Part shown: piece by piece, positions 13,201 through 26,159 of the stretch
How positions within the stretch are numbered: the first letter of the stretch is position 1
Layout of the letters: each line of letters starts with the position of its first letter
Assembly (NCBI GenBank): GCA_026914245.1
Contig: CP110439.1
Coordinates: forward strand, 6,014,001-6,078,000
DNA: 64,000 nucleotides
Source: Puccinia triticina
Taxonomy: Eukaryota
Direction: 5' to 3'
The notes under the pieces: generated by a model
The model's input: the letters and a program-made list of their open reading frames with translations, nothing else
Database searches by the model: none
What the model was told of the DNA's origin: nothing
Position numbers and translations under genes: made by a program

Positions 13201-14294
13201 GCAAATTGCTTTGTTTTTCAGAGCCGAGACAATTGTTTCGGTTTTAACACCCTCTTGGTTCATGAGGTCTGTGACGCAATGAAGCCATTTGGGGGAGAGT
13301 GAGCTGAAGAGAGCTGCATTGTGGACTTCTTCCGGTGTGAGTGGTTTCTTGGGAGTAATAAAAGAGTCCAGGCGCTCAAAATATTTTGCCAAAGTATTGA
13401 TATGCGAGTGGACATTGTCGCCCTACATCCGAGTGTTGAGGAGTTTGCAAATCCAGTAAACTCGGCCCCCAGATGAGGAGTCTTTGTGAGCCCGAGATAG
13501 GTCACCCCAGATCTTTGCAGCATTATCCTTGTCTGCAAGATGACACAGGTTCAACTCATTGACTATCTGAACTAGGATAGCACAAACAAGATTGTTGTCT
13601 TCTTCTGACGTGGCTGGTCAAAGGTGGGGAGCCACAGATGTGAGGACATGGCTTACTTTGACAGACTTGAACACCCAATGAACAAAATTTTTCCAATTGA
13701 GGTATTTTTAGTTGTTTCCAGGAGATTTGAGTATGGGAAGCCTTGCAAGGGAGATTTGTGAGGCGGTGGACAAATGTTGAGAGTTGATGCCAACGTTGGC
13801 ATGAGTAGAAGATTCTGTTTTCATTATCCGTGGACATTGCCTATTTGTCGTTGGACTTGAGAGTTGGAGAAAAAAAAATGATCCTTCAGATGGTAACAAT
13901 TCCAAACACCTTAATCGCCGTTTTCTTTTAACATGTCTAGTGAAGCTGATTTAGCCGGAGGCTAATTGGCGCTCATAACCTGAGGACAGCAGGCACGGTG
14001 CGTGGCGGTGTTCAAGGGTTGTGGAAGGATATTTATTACATATCAGAAAGGTGATGAAATGAAAGCAGAGAAAAAGGAAAGAGAGAAAAAGAAAAAGAAA
14101 AACTAACCTGAGGACAGCAGGCACGGTGCGTGGCGGTGTTCAAGGGTTGTGGAAGGATGAAGAAAGGGTCCTTCCTCGCCTGCTGCCTCAGATAGACTAC
14201 ATACAATCTGTGACATGTATGTGAGAGGTGAGAGAAATGAGAGAAATGGGAGAAGCATAAAAGACATGACAAAACCTGAGTACTAGACTCAACA
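10234..14294 (-). mobile_element. Copia/Ty1 retrotransposon (gag-PR-IN; RT/RNase H missing)
   Basis: LTRs 13981-14294 and 10234-~10543. TSD ACAGT. PBS GGTTATGAGC (rc of 13971-13980). CCHC knuckle CPLCNSNSHNLNLC, protease DLGC, pre-integrase HNRFSH..CPTC, integrase SDNGGEY/AERTNRT. Confidence 0.9.
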
Positions 14295-14619
14295 ACAGTT
14301 TCTACAGGTTATGAGCCCAGAACTACCTGAGCGCTACATGCTTGCAATAGAGACTTGATGGATTTGTGAATGCTTACTTGTAAGACCACACAGACCCCTA
14401 TAAGCCTACATCTAGATCACGGGTTCAATACCTACACTGATCATTGTTCCTGGGTATCATTCCCACTCTCTCTTGGGGTCAATCCCCACTTCCCATCATG
14501 TAGCAAGGGAGGTGTTGAGTTGTCTGTTAGTCTGCTACCATTATGCATCACCACAGTATGGAGGGCTGTTGGATTGACCCATGAGCACTACCAACCAACC
14601 ACCCAGCTGGCAGCCACAA

Positions 14620-14705
14620 GCGTCTGTAGCCTAGTTGGTAAAGGCAGCACTCTAGTATGTGTCTCAGCATAGCTGAGGTTGTGAGTTTGACTCTCACCAG
14701 ACACA
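14620..14705 (+). ncRNA. tRNA-like sequence in 3' LTR of TRIM
   Basis: Acceptor GCGTCTG/CAGACAC (6/7 pairs). D stem GCCT/AGGC with loop AGTTGGTAA (A box). T stem GTGAG/CTCAC with loop TTTGACT (B-box-like). Extra hairpin CTCAGC-ATA-GCTGAG. TTTT just downstream. Confidence 0.7.
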
Positions 14706-14782
14706 TCTTCATTTTACAGTATCTACAGGCTCAATGAATATCTTATTGATTTGGTCTCATTCTTCATTTTTAGGCGCACCAA

Positions 14783-15880
14783 CACCACGGGAGATATTTT
14801 CCCACTCCCCAGGGAGTGCCTTACCGTAACTTTTTTCCATAACTGTGCTGGAGGCCTTTGGTAAAGCAATATTGAATAGGTATGAACAAGACTGGAAGTC
14901 AGTGTGGAAATCAGTTGGAAATCATCCTGAAATAAACCATAACTTGCCAAAAAAACATCCAGAACTCATCTATAATTCATCCAGAACTCATCCAGAATAT
15001 AGTCCTTTCTTGGCTCCATGACCAGTGTGTCCTTTCCATGGAGATGTGAAAGGCCCAGCCTGTGATTTTTTCCCCCTCATGTACTCGCGTACATCAGGGG
15101 GACAATTGGTGTCTCAAAACAAAATTTTTACTTTTCATGTGGCTGTGAAAGGCCCATCCTGTGATATTTCCACCTCAATGTACGCGCGTACATCAGGGTG
15201 ACTATTAGAAAAGTGCAAAAAGGTTAACTTGCATGTGCACATGTGAATTTTGAAAAGCAAAAAAATTCAAAATTCACTAGATCATTTTTGTGAGGAGGAC
15301 AGGATATATGGCCAAAGTGAATTGGCACCGCAATCCAACCTTGACTTAACTCAGACTTTCACCCTATTAAAACAGTTTTTTGTCATTTTTATCAGCCAAA
15401 TTCAAATTAATTCCCGCATTTCCAAGAAAATGGGTTTCAATTTCAATGACTGCAACATTACCACATTCCAAAAATCTAAACCCAATAATACCAAGTCAAC
15501 TTTTAGTTTAATTTTGTACATCAGGGCATATAATGTGAATTACAAGAAACCCATTTTTTTGGAGGAATTACCTTTGAGAATGGGAATTTTGCTTTGCTAT
15601 CCTTAAAAATCAGTAAACAGGAGCAATTGATGAGTTGGAATTTGGTGAAATATCATTTCATCATATTTCTTCCTACAGTTGTACATAGAAAACAAAAGAA
15701 TTCTACACAACATTGTGTTGACTTCCAAATCAATTGTGACTGACTTTTCACTAACTTCTCCATCCAATTTACTATTTTGGGGATGAGTTACTAATCCACA
15801 TCAGGCTCACATCCAACCAAAACTCACATAAAATTCAGCTCTGGCACTCCCTGGGGAGTGGGAACATATCTCCCCTGGTG
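14783..15880. mobile_element. Non-autonomous TIR element with CACC termini (CMC-like)
   Basis: About 38-bp TIR CACCACGGGAGATATTTTCCCACTCCCCAGGGAGTGCC. 3-bp TSD CAA. Its removal restores the hAT frame AHQGALYLG. Confidence 0.9.
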
Positions 15881-17660
15881 CAAGGTGCATTATACTTAGG
15901 AGCAGATGTGTGGCAGTCACCAAATGGCTTTGACATTTTGGGGGTGGTGATCTATTGATTAAAAAAAGAAGACTTGGGCAATTCTGAACTAGAGGCCATG
16001 CCCCTAGACTTCATTTGGCTTTCTGAAAGTCACACTGGCGAGTACATTGCCAACAGTGTTCATATGGTAGTGGAGAAGTTTGGAATCCAGAATAAAGTAA
16101 GCATATTTTTGACAATTTCTGTATTGTTTTCCCTTCCAAAGCTTAGCTAACTCATCCTGTTTAGATACACAGACTAGTAACTGACAATGCTTCAAAAAAT
16201 GAAGCAATGATGAGTGAACTCAAAAGGCTCAAGTGGCCACACTTCAAAGGCAAGACCCAATGGATACGCTGCTTTGCGCACATCCTTAATCTGATTGTCA
16301 AGGCAATCCTTTGGCCATTTGGGACGGAGAAGAAGAAGAAAAATGTGGTCGGAGAGCAAGAAGGCTCTGTCTTGGAAGATGATGATGCCGCGGCACAAAT
16401 CAGAGTGTAAGTATCCAAGGATACTTCCTTCAAACAATAAGCTCTGATCTGATATGATGCTCGGCTGCTAGACTTACTCACACAGACAAGCCCACCTCAT
16501 GCTCAGATGAATATTCCAGCAAAGAAGAGTTGCTGGTGGACAAAGAAGATGAAGATGAATATCTTGGCAAAGGGGATATTGATGAAGATGAGGATGAGGA
16601 TCGCTACACTAGTGGCTCTTGCAAACACACTCTGGCCAAGGTAAGAAATCCAATACTGGTATTGATCCGTACTGATAATTAGCTTGCCTTCATTGACAGA
16701 TTTGTGTGATTGCCAAAAAGTTGAGGTTCTCGCCAAATTCCAAAGCCGATTTTGTTGAAAATTGTCAAGCCAAAGAATGCAAGACACCACACAACATTGA
16801 AAGAGATGTGAGTACCTGATGGAATTCTACAAATACTCAACTGCAAAGTATAATACGTTGTGAAGATGCTATGTAAGTTGTTCTTTCTGCATGAATTCTA
16901 CCAGGTAAACTGACCAAAAATTTCCTCACAGTCTTGTGTGGCAGCGAAACAAGAGGCACAGAGTTGATCGCAAGCATCAACTTGATGACTCCGACTTTGA
17001 TTTGGCTTGTGATTTGGTGGAAATATTGAACCTATTCTATGAGATTACTTTGCAAGTTTTAGTTGCAGGCTCGACTCGGTTATCAAATATAGTAATCTTC
17101 ATTGATCAAATCACCGACCATTTATCAACTGTCATCAAGGCCACCACCAAATATCCTCAAGCATTGAGGAATGCTTGTTGAGCAGGATTACAGCTGATGA
17201 ACAAGTACTACAGTTTGACCAATACATCTTCTCTTTACAGAATTGCAATTTGTGAGTCCTTCTTGCTTCTAATCTTGTTCATACCAATACCAACATAATT
17301 TTTAAGTAAGTGTTTCACCCTTTGTTCAGGGACAAGTACTTCAAATTGGCCCGGTGGGAACCTGAGTGGATAACCAAAGCAATACACCTTGCAAGGGACA
17401 TGTGGGTAAAAAATTACAAGCCACAACCAATCACAATTCCCACCACTACACCAGATACCACCGCTACTGTAAGTGAACTCTCTTATGATGATGCGCAACG
17501 TTGTCATGAAATAACATCTAATCCTTTGTTTTTCAGGCCAAGACGACTGGCATGCTGGCCCGCCTGAGCAGCGCTGCAGCCACACGACAGGGAAATACCT
17601 TGTACAACCCATTGGACATCTGGCTATTGGGAGGACTTATCTTGGAGAACCACCAACCGG

Positions 17661-18959
17661 TGTGAGAACTACTTTGGGACGGGTGGAAGTTCTGCAAGGG
17701 GGAAATACCAGTTATAATATTTCAAATATGTAAGAAGCTATTAAAACTGTTACAGGTGGTTTGAAAGACCTGCCCTCTATGATACTACACAAGACCTTTC
17801 ACAACAAATTTATTTATTGTTGTGGCAAACTAATGATAGAGAAAACTATGTGCAGCAGTCTCTTATCAGACCTAGATCAAACTTGAATTCAGCGGAAAGT
17901 GGATTTTGCATGGGAAATGGAGTTAGAGTGGTTTACAGCAGCCTTGAGTCAGATAATGGAAATGAGTCGTAACGTAAGATACGTTTTATATGGTTTTATA
18001 TGTTTGTGATATGAAAGTGGAGATAAACTGATACAAGAATTCTGTTAGAACTGATGTGATATGTGAACTATTCAAAGTGTCTTTTCCCTCTTCCTTAACC
18101 TTCAGTTAAGAGCACAATGGATTAAGATCACTTTGACTTGTTAAGAGCACAAGTGGTGATGCTGGCTACTTGACTACTTAGATAACCTCTGAGGCATGAA
18201 AGATTTTGATGTGCAACTTGATTGAGATCACACTACTGGATTTTATGTGGATGTGACTTGTAACTCTGAGGGAGACGTGTGTTCTGGTTAGGATTGCCTG
18301 AGTGGCATGCTGAAACTGAGGAGGGGAAAGGTCCTCCTTTTATAGTAAAATGTGAGGGATTTTTGCTGGTGGGGATCCTTGTGAGGGATTTTTGCTGGTG
18401 TGACCACCATACAGGTGTCCATGTGGTGATGGTATCCACGTGGTTGCGGTGGTGGTGTCCATGTGGTGTCCACGTGGTTGTGGTGGTGGTGTCCATGTGG
18501 TGTCCACGTGGTTGTGGTGGTGGTGTCCATGTGGTGTCCGCATGGTGGTTTCCATGGAGCCTACACAATTATGGAGGTGTCCACAGATGGAACCATGCCT
18601 TGGTGCGTGGGTGGAGCCAAAAAACAACCCTGGAGGTGTCCACAGGTGGAACCATGTCTTGGTACATGGGCAGGGCCCAAACCACGCCACCTAGATACTA
18701 TAAATATGTACTTGAGTCTAATTCTATACTATGTACTATCAAAATATCTCTACAGTATGTAATTCTACTTATGGACACATTATAATCCTAATAAATTTTG
18801 ACTGAGTACAGCTAGCCTAGTGGTTCCAGTGAGTGACTAGGGGTTAAATGACCTGTAGCATTCAATTATGAAATAATACATCTAGAAATATGTCTCCTTC
18901 TCAATATTAAACTGTGGCTTTATGTGATCTGATACTTGAAACACATTTGGCACACCACA
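17661..18959. mobile_element. Probable solo LTR (~1.3 kb) in hAT gene
   Basis: TGTG...CACA termini. Imperfect TSD (CCGG/CCTG). Its removal restores ENHQPVNPLKWW. Internal GGTGTCCA(T/C)GTGGT repeats at 18414-18560. Confidence 0.65.
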
Positions 18960-19299
18960 CCTGTGAATCCACTCAAGTGGTGGATCCAACAGAAGCGCGC
19001 TGGAAACACGCATGGTGGCCTTGTACACATGGCGGTGGATGTTTTGAGTTTTCCAGGTGTGTTTTAACTTTCATATAAAATAAACAAATGTTCAGAAACT
19101 GACCCCTGTTCAAAACTTTCCAGGAACTTCTGTTGACGTAGAGCGCTCATTTAGCTTTGGGTGCAATTGTGTCACATCAAAGCGGCATAGACTTGCGCAT
19201 TGGTTGCTGACCAGGGGAATGACAGTTGCCTTCTACTCAAAAAAAAACAAGATCAAACCTGGTACTTTGATGGATTAGAGTAGCTGGCCCACTGTTGTT

Positions 19300-22200
19300 G
19301 GTGTTGCTGCCACTATATCTCATCCCAGCGTGGGGATCCTTTTGCCAGATGGTGACCAAAATGGTTACAAGCCCCTAAAGTTTCATTATGTACCTTTACT
19401 GACCACGTAACCCCCAAATGTAGCAGCTACAGTCTGATCAGTTTCCAAATATCACCACTTTGGTAGTTTCTTGGTGTTTCTGGTACTATATCTTATTGCA
19501 GCATGAGAATTTCTCTGAGATGTGGTTACCAAAATTTCAACAAGCCCCCAAAGTTTCATTATGTACCTTACACCCCCAAATGTAGCAGCTACAGTCTGAT
19601 CAGTTCCCAAATATCACTACTTTGGTAGTTTATTGGTTTTGGGCCACTATATCTCATCCCAGCGTAGGAATCCTTCTGCCATATCATTACCAAAATGTTG
19701 TAAAGCCCCTGCAGATTCATTATTTACCTTTACTGACCACAAAACCCCCAAATGTAGCAGCTACAGTCTGATCAGTTTCCAAATATCACTACTTTGGTAG
19801 TTTCTTGGCATTTCTGCCACTATATCTGATTGCAGCGTGGGAATTTCTCTGTCATATGGTCACCAAAATGTTTAAAAGCCCCCAAAGATTAATTATGCAC
19901 CTTTACTGACCACAAAATCCCCAAATGTAGCAGCTACAGTCTGATTGGTTCACAAATATCTCTACTTTGGTAGTTTCTTGGTGTTTCCGCCACTATATCT
20001 CATCCCAGCAGGGGAATTATTTTGCCAGATGGTGACCAAAATGTTGAAAAGGCCCCAAAGTTACATTATGTACCTTTACTGACCACAAAAACCCGCTGGG
20101 ATGAGATATAGTGACCAAAACTTATAAACCACCAAATTAGTGATATTTGGAAACTGATCAGACTGTAGCTGCTACATTTGGGGATTTTGTGGTTAGTAAA
20201 GGTACAAGATGAACCTTCACTGGGTTTTTTAACGTTTTAGTTACCATATGACAGAGAAATTCCCACGCTGCAATCAGATATAGTGGCAGAAATGCCAAGA
20301 AACTACCAAAGTAGTGATATTTGGAAACTGATCAGACTGTAGCTGCTACATTTGGTCCTTGTGATCAGTAAAGATACATAATTATACTTCGGGGGCTTGT
20401 AATTATTTTGGTCACCTTCTGCCAAAAGGATTCCCACACTGGGATGAGATATAGTGGCAGAAACACCAAGAAACTACCAACGTAGTGATATTTGGGAACT
20501 GATCAGACTATAGCTGCTACATTTGGGGGTCTTGTGGTCAGTAGGGGTACATAATGAAACTTTGAGGGCTTGTAAACATTTTGGTCACCATCTGGCAAAA
20601 TGATTTATGACACTGGGATGAGATATAGTGGCAGTAACACCAAGAAACTACCAAAGTAGTGATATTTGGGAGCTGATCAAACTGTAGCTGCTACATTTGG
20701 GGGTTTTGTGGTAAGTGAAGGTAGATAATGAAGCTTTGGGGGCTTGTAAACATTTTTGTCACCATCTGGCAAAAGGATTCCCATGCTGGGTGTCAGCGGG
20801 CTGCTAGTCTGGATAGCGCAGCAACTGACAAACCTGCTCTAGATAGCGGGTCCTAGAGCCTCTACTCAAAGGAGCGCACTTAGCCACAGCTATTCAGTGA
20901 CATAGATCTGTAACATGGCAAATAACATGTCACAGATCAACAGATTGGCAGATTACAAGTAAGAGGAATTCCTCCAACTCAGATTCCTCAGATTAGATAC
21001 CACGCCCAACTTGATTGTAGTTTTTGAAAAAATTCAGAGAACTAAGATTCTCATTCTTATTAGTCTTTATCTAGTATTTAAAATTATGTTATAAAGTAAA
21101 AGAAGTGAAATCTCCTTTTTACCTAAGAGCAGACACAAGACCGCTATCTGACAGGATGGATAGAAATTATTCTCAATGAGAGAACTTGAGGAACCGTGGA
21201 TGGTTCTTTGGCTTGATCTGAAAGAATGGAGCAAGTTCAGTGTCAGTCTTTGCTGACTATTATCTGAGCTGCAATTTTTCTTGCTTGGATAAGGCTGTTG
21301 CCTTTTTATATCCTATTCGGTTGAGCGACAGCAAAACGGCGGAGAAGTGTCGCAACGTTGTCTGTAACAGTTCAACGGTGTTGTTCTCTTAGCCTTTTGT
21401 TTCTGTCTGCCTGATCTAAGAGCAAACACTCTTACCGGTATTCCCAACTCTTTGAGTGGACTCGGTGTGTTTGGTCTGGCTTTCTCTGATGTTGTCTAGA
21501 GCTTATTATGTATTGCGTTAGCAACTCTTTTTAATCATCTATCCTTGAGTTTTAATTAAACCGCTTACCTTTGGCGCTGGTTGTAATTCTCTTGGATAGT
21601 GATCTGGGGCTGGGATTTTCCTTGAGCCTAATCTTGCTGCTCACGTGGATCGGACCTGTTTGCATCAGTAGATGATTTCAGTTTTACAATCCCGCGGCGC
21701 TTGATTTGACTGCGGAAAATGGTTTGCTTTGCTTACCAGAATCTCGCAGCTGATTGAGATCCCGGCATCTTTCTCACTTTGTGAGAAAGATACCGTTCAC
21801 CTAGGCGTGAATTCTCACAGTTTTGACTGACTCAAATACTGAAATTGGGGCTTTGATCTATCTCTTTTCCTTTCATTTCTATTTTGACTTCAACACCTCG
21901 GCTCGACCTCGCCAATACCGGGTAAGTCGATCTTCCTATTTGTATCTCTCCTTTGTCTAGTTTCCTGGAGAGTTGTGATTGACTCCGGTTGACAAGAAGT
22001 CAACAGCCCCTCCTCAAGGAGGCGTGCTTTCATTCCTCCCGCTGAGCCGGTTGAGTAGAGCTCCAACAAGTATAGACTCCGGTTGACAATAAGTCAACAG
22101 CCCCTCCTTAAGGAGGCGTGGTTTCATTCCTCCTGCTGAGCCGGTTGAGTAGAGCTCCAACAAGTAGGTTGTTATAGCTGTTATCATACAATTCCATTCA

Positions 22201-22810
22201 GAGCGTGGTCACTGAAGAGACACGCCCTGACACTGGGATGAGACATAGTGGCAGCAACACCAAGAATCTACAAAAGTAGTGATATTTGGGAACTGATCAG
22301 ACTGTAGCTGCTACATTTGGGGGTTTTGTGGTCAGTAAAGATACATAATGAATCTTTGGGTGCTTTTAAACATTTTGGTAACCATATGGCAGAAGGATTC
22401 CCATGCTGTGGTGAAATATAGTGGCAGAAACACCAAGAAACTACCAAAGTAGTGATATTGGGAAACTGATCAGACTATAGCTGCTACATTTGGGGGTTTT
22501 GTGGTCAGTAAAGGTACATAATGAAACTTTGGAGATTTTTAAACATTTTTTTAACCATATGGCAGAAGAATCCCCACGCTGGGATGAGGTATAGTGGCAG
22601 AAACACCAAGAAACTACCAAATTAGTGATATCTGGGAAATGATCAGACTGTAGCTGGTACATTTGGGGGTTTTGGGGTCATTAAAGGTACACAATGAGTC
22701 TTTGGGGGCCTGTAAACATTTTGGTAACCATATAGCAGAAGGATTCCCACACTCTGATGAGATATAGTGGCAGAAACACCAAGAAACTACCAAAGTAATG
22801 ATATTCAGAT
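19300..22810. repeat. 173-bp tandem repeat, head-to-head around ~20094 (foldback core)
   Basis: Units at 19426, 19588, 19760 and 19933 on +. Reverse-complement units at 20095-20790 and 22233-22810. Confidence 0.9.
20791..22232. mobile_element. Solo LTR (1442 bp)
   Basis: TGTCAG...CTGACA termini. Perfect TSD CTGGG. Internal ~95-bp direct repeat at 21980-22165. Confidence 0.9.
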
Positions 22811-24306
22811 TGTTGCTGCTGCATAATGGATGTGACCCCAAACATAATATTTCTGGGTTTTATGTGCAAAAACAATTGTCCAATGAAATTTTATATGGAA
22901 ATATTCCTCCTTAATCTGCGGTTGATAACAAAAGTAGATAAAAAAGAGAACCTGACAAAAATATGCTAAACCATGGCAAACTAATTTCAAAAAGGCCTTC
23001 TATGCATGTAGCACTTCAAGTATGATGTGCAATATCTTCACGAAGTTCAACCAATGAAATTAACAATGTGTGCAGGATGGTATCATGAGAGAGGTCAGGG
23101 GTCAATGTTTTTCCTTTTTTGGAAAAAAGTAGATTTGGAGACTTCTGATAACATGAATTAAAAAGAAAAGAAAAAATTGAGACCCCTCAGCCACCCTGGA
23201 TTAATCCTAAAATTTGAAATGTCTTTATTTGTGTATGTAGAAATGGAGGACTTCCTGTTGGTTGAGAAAGCCCGCTATTTTGTATTTTCTATTTCTATTT
23301 TGCATTTTTTAGCAAAATAGAAATGCGACCGCTTTTGCTGTCCTTCTAAATTTGCAGCCCTTCTGCATGTTTGCTTTGGCTCACCGCATTCGCAGGTGGC
23401 TCTTCATCTGTACCCCATCCACCCCACACCACCAACCAGCAAATTCTTCAGCTCCACTGAACACAATGGCCTCCAATCCCCAACCTCAGTCAACTCAAAC
23501 TGATCAAAACTCTCAGAACCCATCACCCAACACAGTTACTCAAACTCAGCCTTGTAAGAGCAGATCAAAGAAGGATAAAAAAAAAAAACATCAATAAGTC
23601 TACCTCTACTGGCAAAAAAACGGGTGGCCGGCCCCCAGGTTTGCTAGGATACAACAGCGCAGAGTGTTTGTTGTTAGTCGAGGCTGTCAAGAGTGTTCTT
23701 CCGTTAGAAAATCAAGACTAGAACTCGGCAGCTGATCTTTATAACACCCATGTGCGCAATCTCAACTGACCCAAAAAAGAGGCCAACAACTTGAAGCAAA
23801 ATTTCAAGGGCCTTGCTCAAACCGTCAAGCCCACCGGCAACTCAACCTGCCCAGAACATGTCCGCGAGGCAAAAAAAGTCAATGATCTTATCAATGAGAA
23901 GGCAAATGAATGTGTCTTGGGCAGTCTCTCCAGTGGAGATAAGAGGTCTGTTTTATGTCTCGCCATTTTGTGCAAGGCATCAACAGCTCACTAATCTTTT
24001 CTTGCTTTACTTTGTCAGGAATGGTGTAGGTGCTGAAGTTGCTTTGAGCAAGGACGACGATGTCGACGTGAATGATAACCCAAGCGGCGGCAAGGTTGAT
24101 CCAACCCCCCAGGAAAGCATCCTGCTGTCCGGATGGAGCCAAACTCAAACCCCAAACCCCAAGGTGGGTGACTTTCCAAACCCCAGCCAAACTCAATCAG
24201 CCCACCTCCAAAGTTCATTGCACCCAAGCCTTCTCGTTCATTGGACCCATTCACAGTCAACCCCGGCCCGACCATCTCCAATGTCAAGTGTGAATCAACA
24301 ATCTAG

Positions 24307-26159
24307 CACCAGGAAAAAAAAATAGTCACTTGATGGCAAGTGACATGATGCAGCTTTGTTTTCTGCTTCAGAGCTACTCCAGCGCTGCTCCAAGTCTGCT
24401 CCACCAGCACTTGTAGAGCTTGCAGGACTGCACCAGAGCACTCAATGTGGCACAGTCAGCTGATCCTAATTTTTTCCCAGGAACAGCTGATGCTCATCAT
24501 AAGCTGAGCAGTAGGCATTGACTGAGCCTGGGCCAAAGCTGAGCATTGGCTGAGCCTGGGCCACAGCTGAGCATTGGCTGAGCCTGGGCCACAGCTGAGC
24601 ATTGGATATTCCAAGCCTGATACAAATCCAAGTGTCAGCTGGACCAAGAATATTTCAAATCTGAGCATCAGCTTAGCCAACAATGGTCCAAAGCTGTGCA
24701 TCATCTTGGAAAAGGCTTGTGCAGAGCTTAGGATCAGCTGGGACAATACTGTTCTAAAGATTAACACCAGCTGGGCCAAAAATTTTCAAAATCTGAGCAT
24801 CAGCTGAGCCAATGCTGGTACAAAGCTGAGCGTTGGCTGAGCCAAGGCTGTTGGAAAGCTGAGTATCAGATGTTTTGAGACTATTCAAAAGATTAATATC
24901 ACCTGAGCAACAATGGGCCTTTACTTTACAGTTATTGGTAAAGTAAAGATATAGTAGATGTTTTTGGCTCAATACTATAACAGATAGCACTCCAATCAAT
25001 AAATAATTTTTCTTTACTATAACACATATTTGATTTTTTAATTTTTTTATACAAGTACAGTATCAGTTAAAGTAATTTGTTTTGTTTTGTTGATGGGAGC
25101 TTGCAAAAGGCTCCTTATAACCACAAAAATGCATTTGTACCTAGTTTTGCCCCTTTTTATTTCAATAAGCAGGGGTAAAAATACATTTAAACCCGCTCTT
25201 ACCCCTGGTTATTGAAATACCTAGGTTTGAAACATGTTTAATAGGGCTCTCTACTATATCAGCCCATTGGAAAAAAATCCTTTACTATAACCAGTAAAGT
25301 ACCGGAGATGATAAAAACATCTATACTCTACTGGAAGGGCCTGGTTATAGTAAAGTATAGTAAAGGCCCACCGTTGACCTGAGCCAAGGCTGTTCCACAG
25401 CTGAGCATCAGCTGAGCCAAGGCTGGTCCACAGCTGAGCATCAGCTGAGCCAAGGCTGGTCCACAGCTGAGCATCAGCTAAGCCAAGGCTGGTCCACAGC
25501 TGAGAATCAGCTGAGCCAAGGCTGGTCCACAGCTGAGCATCAGCTGAGCCAAGGCTGGTCCACAGCTGAGAATTGTCTTAGCCAAGGTTGGTCAACAGCT
25601 GAGCATCAGCTGAGCCAAGGCTGGTCCACAGCTGAGCATCAGCTGAGCCAAGGCTGGTCCACAGCTGAGCATCAGCTGAGCCAAGGCTGGTCCACAGATG
25701 AGCATAAGCTTTTACAGGAGTGGTCAGACTCAGAATCTGAGCATTGGCTGGGCCAAGATTTATCCAAAGTGGCAAATCAGCTGAGCCAATACTGGTCCAA
25801 AGCTGAGCATTGGCTGGGTCAATGATAGTCCTAGTATGAGTCTAAGATGAGCCATGAGTGGAATAAAGCTGAAACGCAGCTGGGCCAGGACTGGTTCTGA
25901 TCTGGGCAACAAAGCTGAGCATGAGCTGGGCAACAAAGCTGAGCATAAGCTTGGAGCTAAAGCTGAGTATCAGCTGACCAGAAATGGGGATCAGTGGTGC
26001 CCAGTGAAAACTGAGGATCTCCTGTGGAAATTCTGAAAGTGGTTAGATGGTGGGTAGATGGTGGGTAGATGATGGGTAGATGGTGGGTAGATGGTGGGTA
26101 GCCCGCTGGAGCTGGCATGATGTCACTTGTCATCAAGTGACTATTTTTTTTTCCTGGTG
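24307..26159. mobile_element. Non-autonomous TIR element with CACC termini
   Basis: TIR CACCAGGAAAAAAAAATAGTCACTTGATG.CAAGTGACAT. 3-bp TSD TAG. Internal 33-bp tandem repeat GAGCCAAGGCTGGTCCACAGCTGAGCATCAGCT at 25381-25700. Confidence 0.9.
24908..25376. mobile_element. MITE (469 bp) with 7-bp TSD
   Basis: TIR CAAC(AA/GG)TGGGCCTTTACT(T/A)TAC, flanked on both sides by ACCTGAG. Confidence 0.8.

Larger units (their letters stand above)
10029..14727 (+). mobile_element. TRIM (miniature LTR retrotransposon) with tRNA-like sequence in each LTR (Helenus-type)
   Basis: LTRs 10029-10233+14300-14306 and 14513-14727 (TG...CA, ~215 bp). TSD GGCTC. PBS GGTTATGAGCCC at 14307. PPT AAGGGAGG before 14513. About 206-bp non-coding interior. 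Confidence 0.9.
8831..19290 (+). mobile_element. hAT DNA transposon relic (right end lost), interrupted by three insertions
   Basis: Starts TAGAGATGG with GGTACC-rich subterminal repeats. BED-like finger (YQCKM/C...SNLTKHASIC), GALYLGADVWQSPNG, IRCFAHILNLIVKAIL, DVST*WNST, and dimerisation region (NPLKWW...SVDVERSFS). Stops present. Confidence 0.85.

Noticed and set aside
14620..14705. Functional tRNA gene
   Set aside because: It lies in both LTRs of a TRIM, the anticodon stem is poor and the T-loop reads TTTGA. Treated as tRNA-derived.
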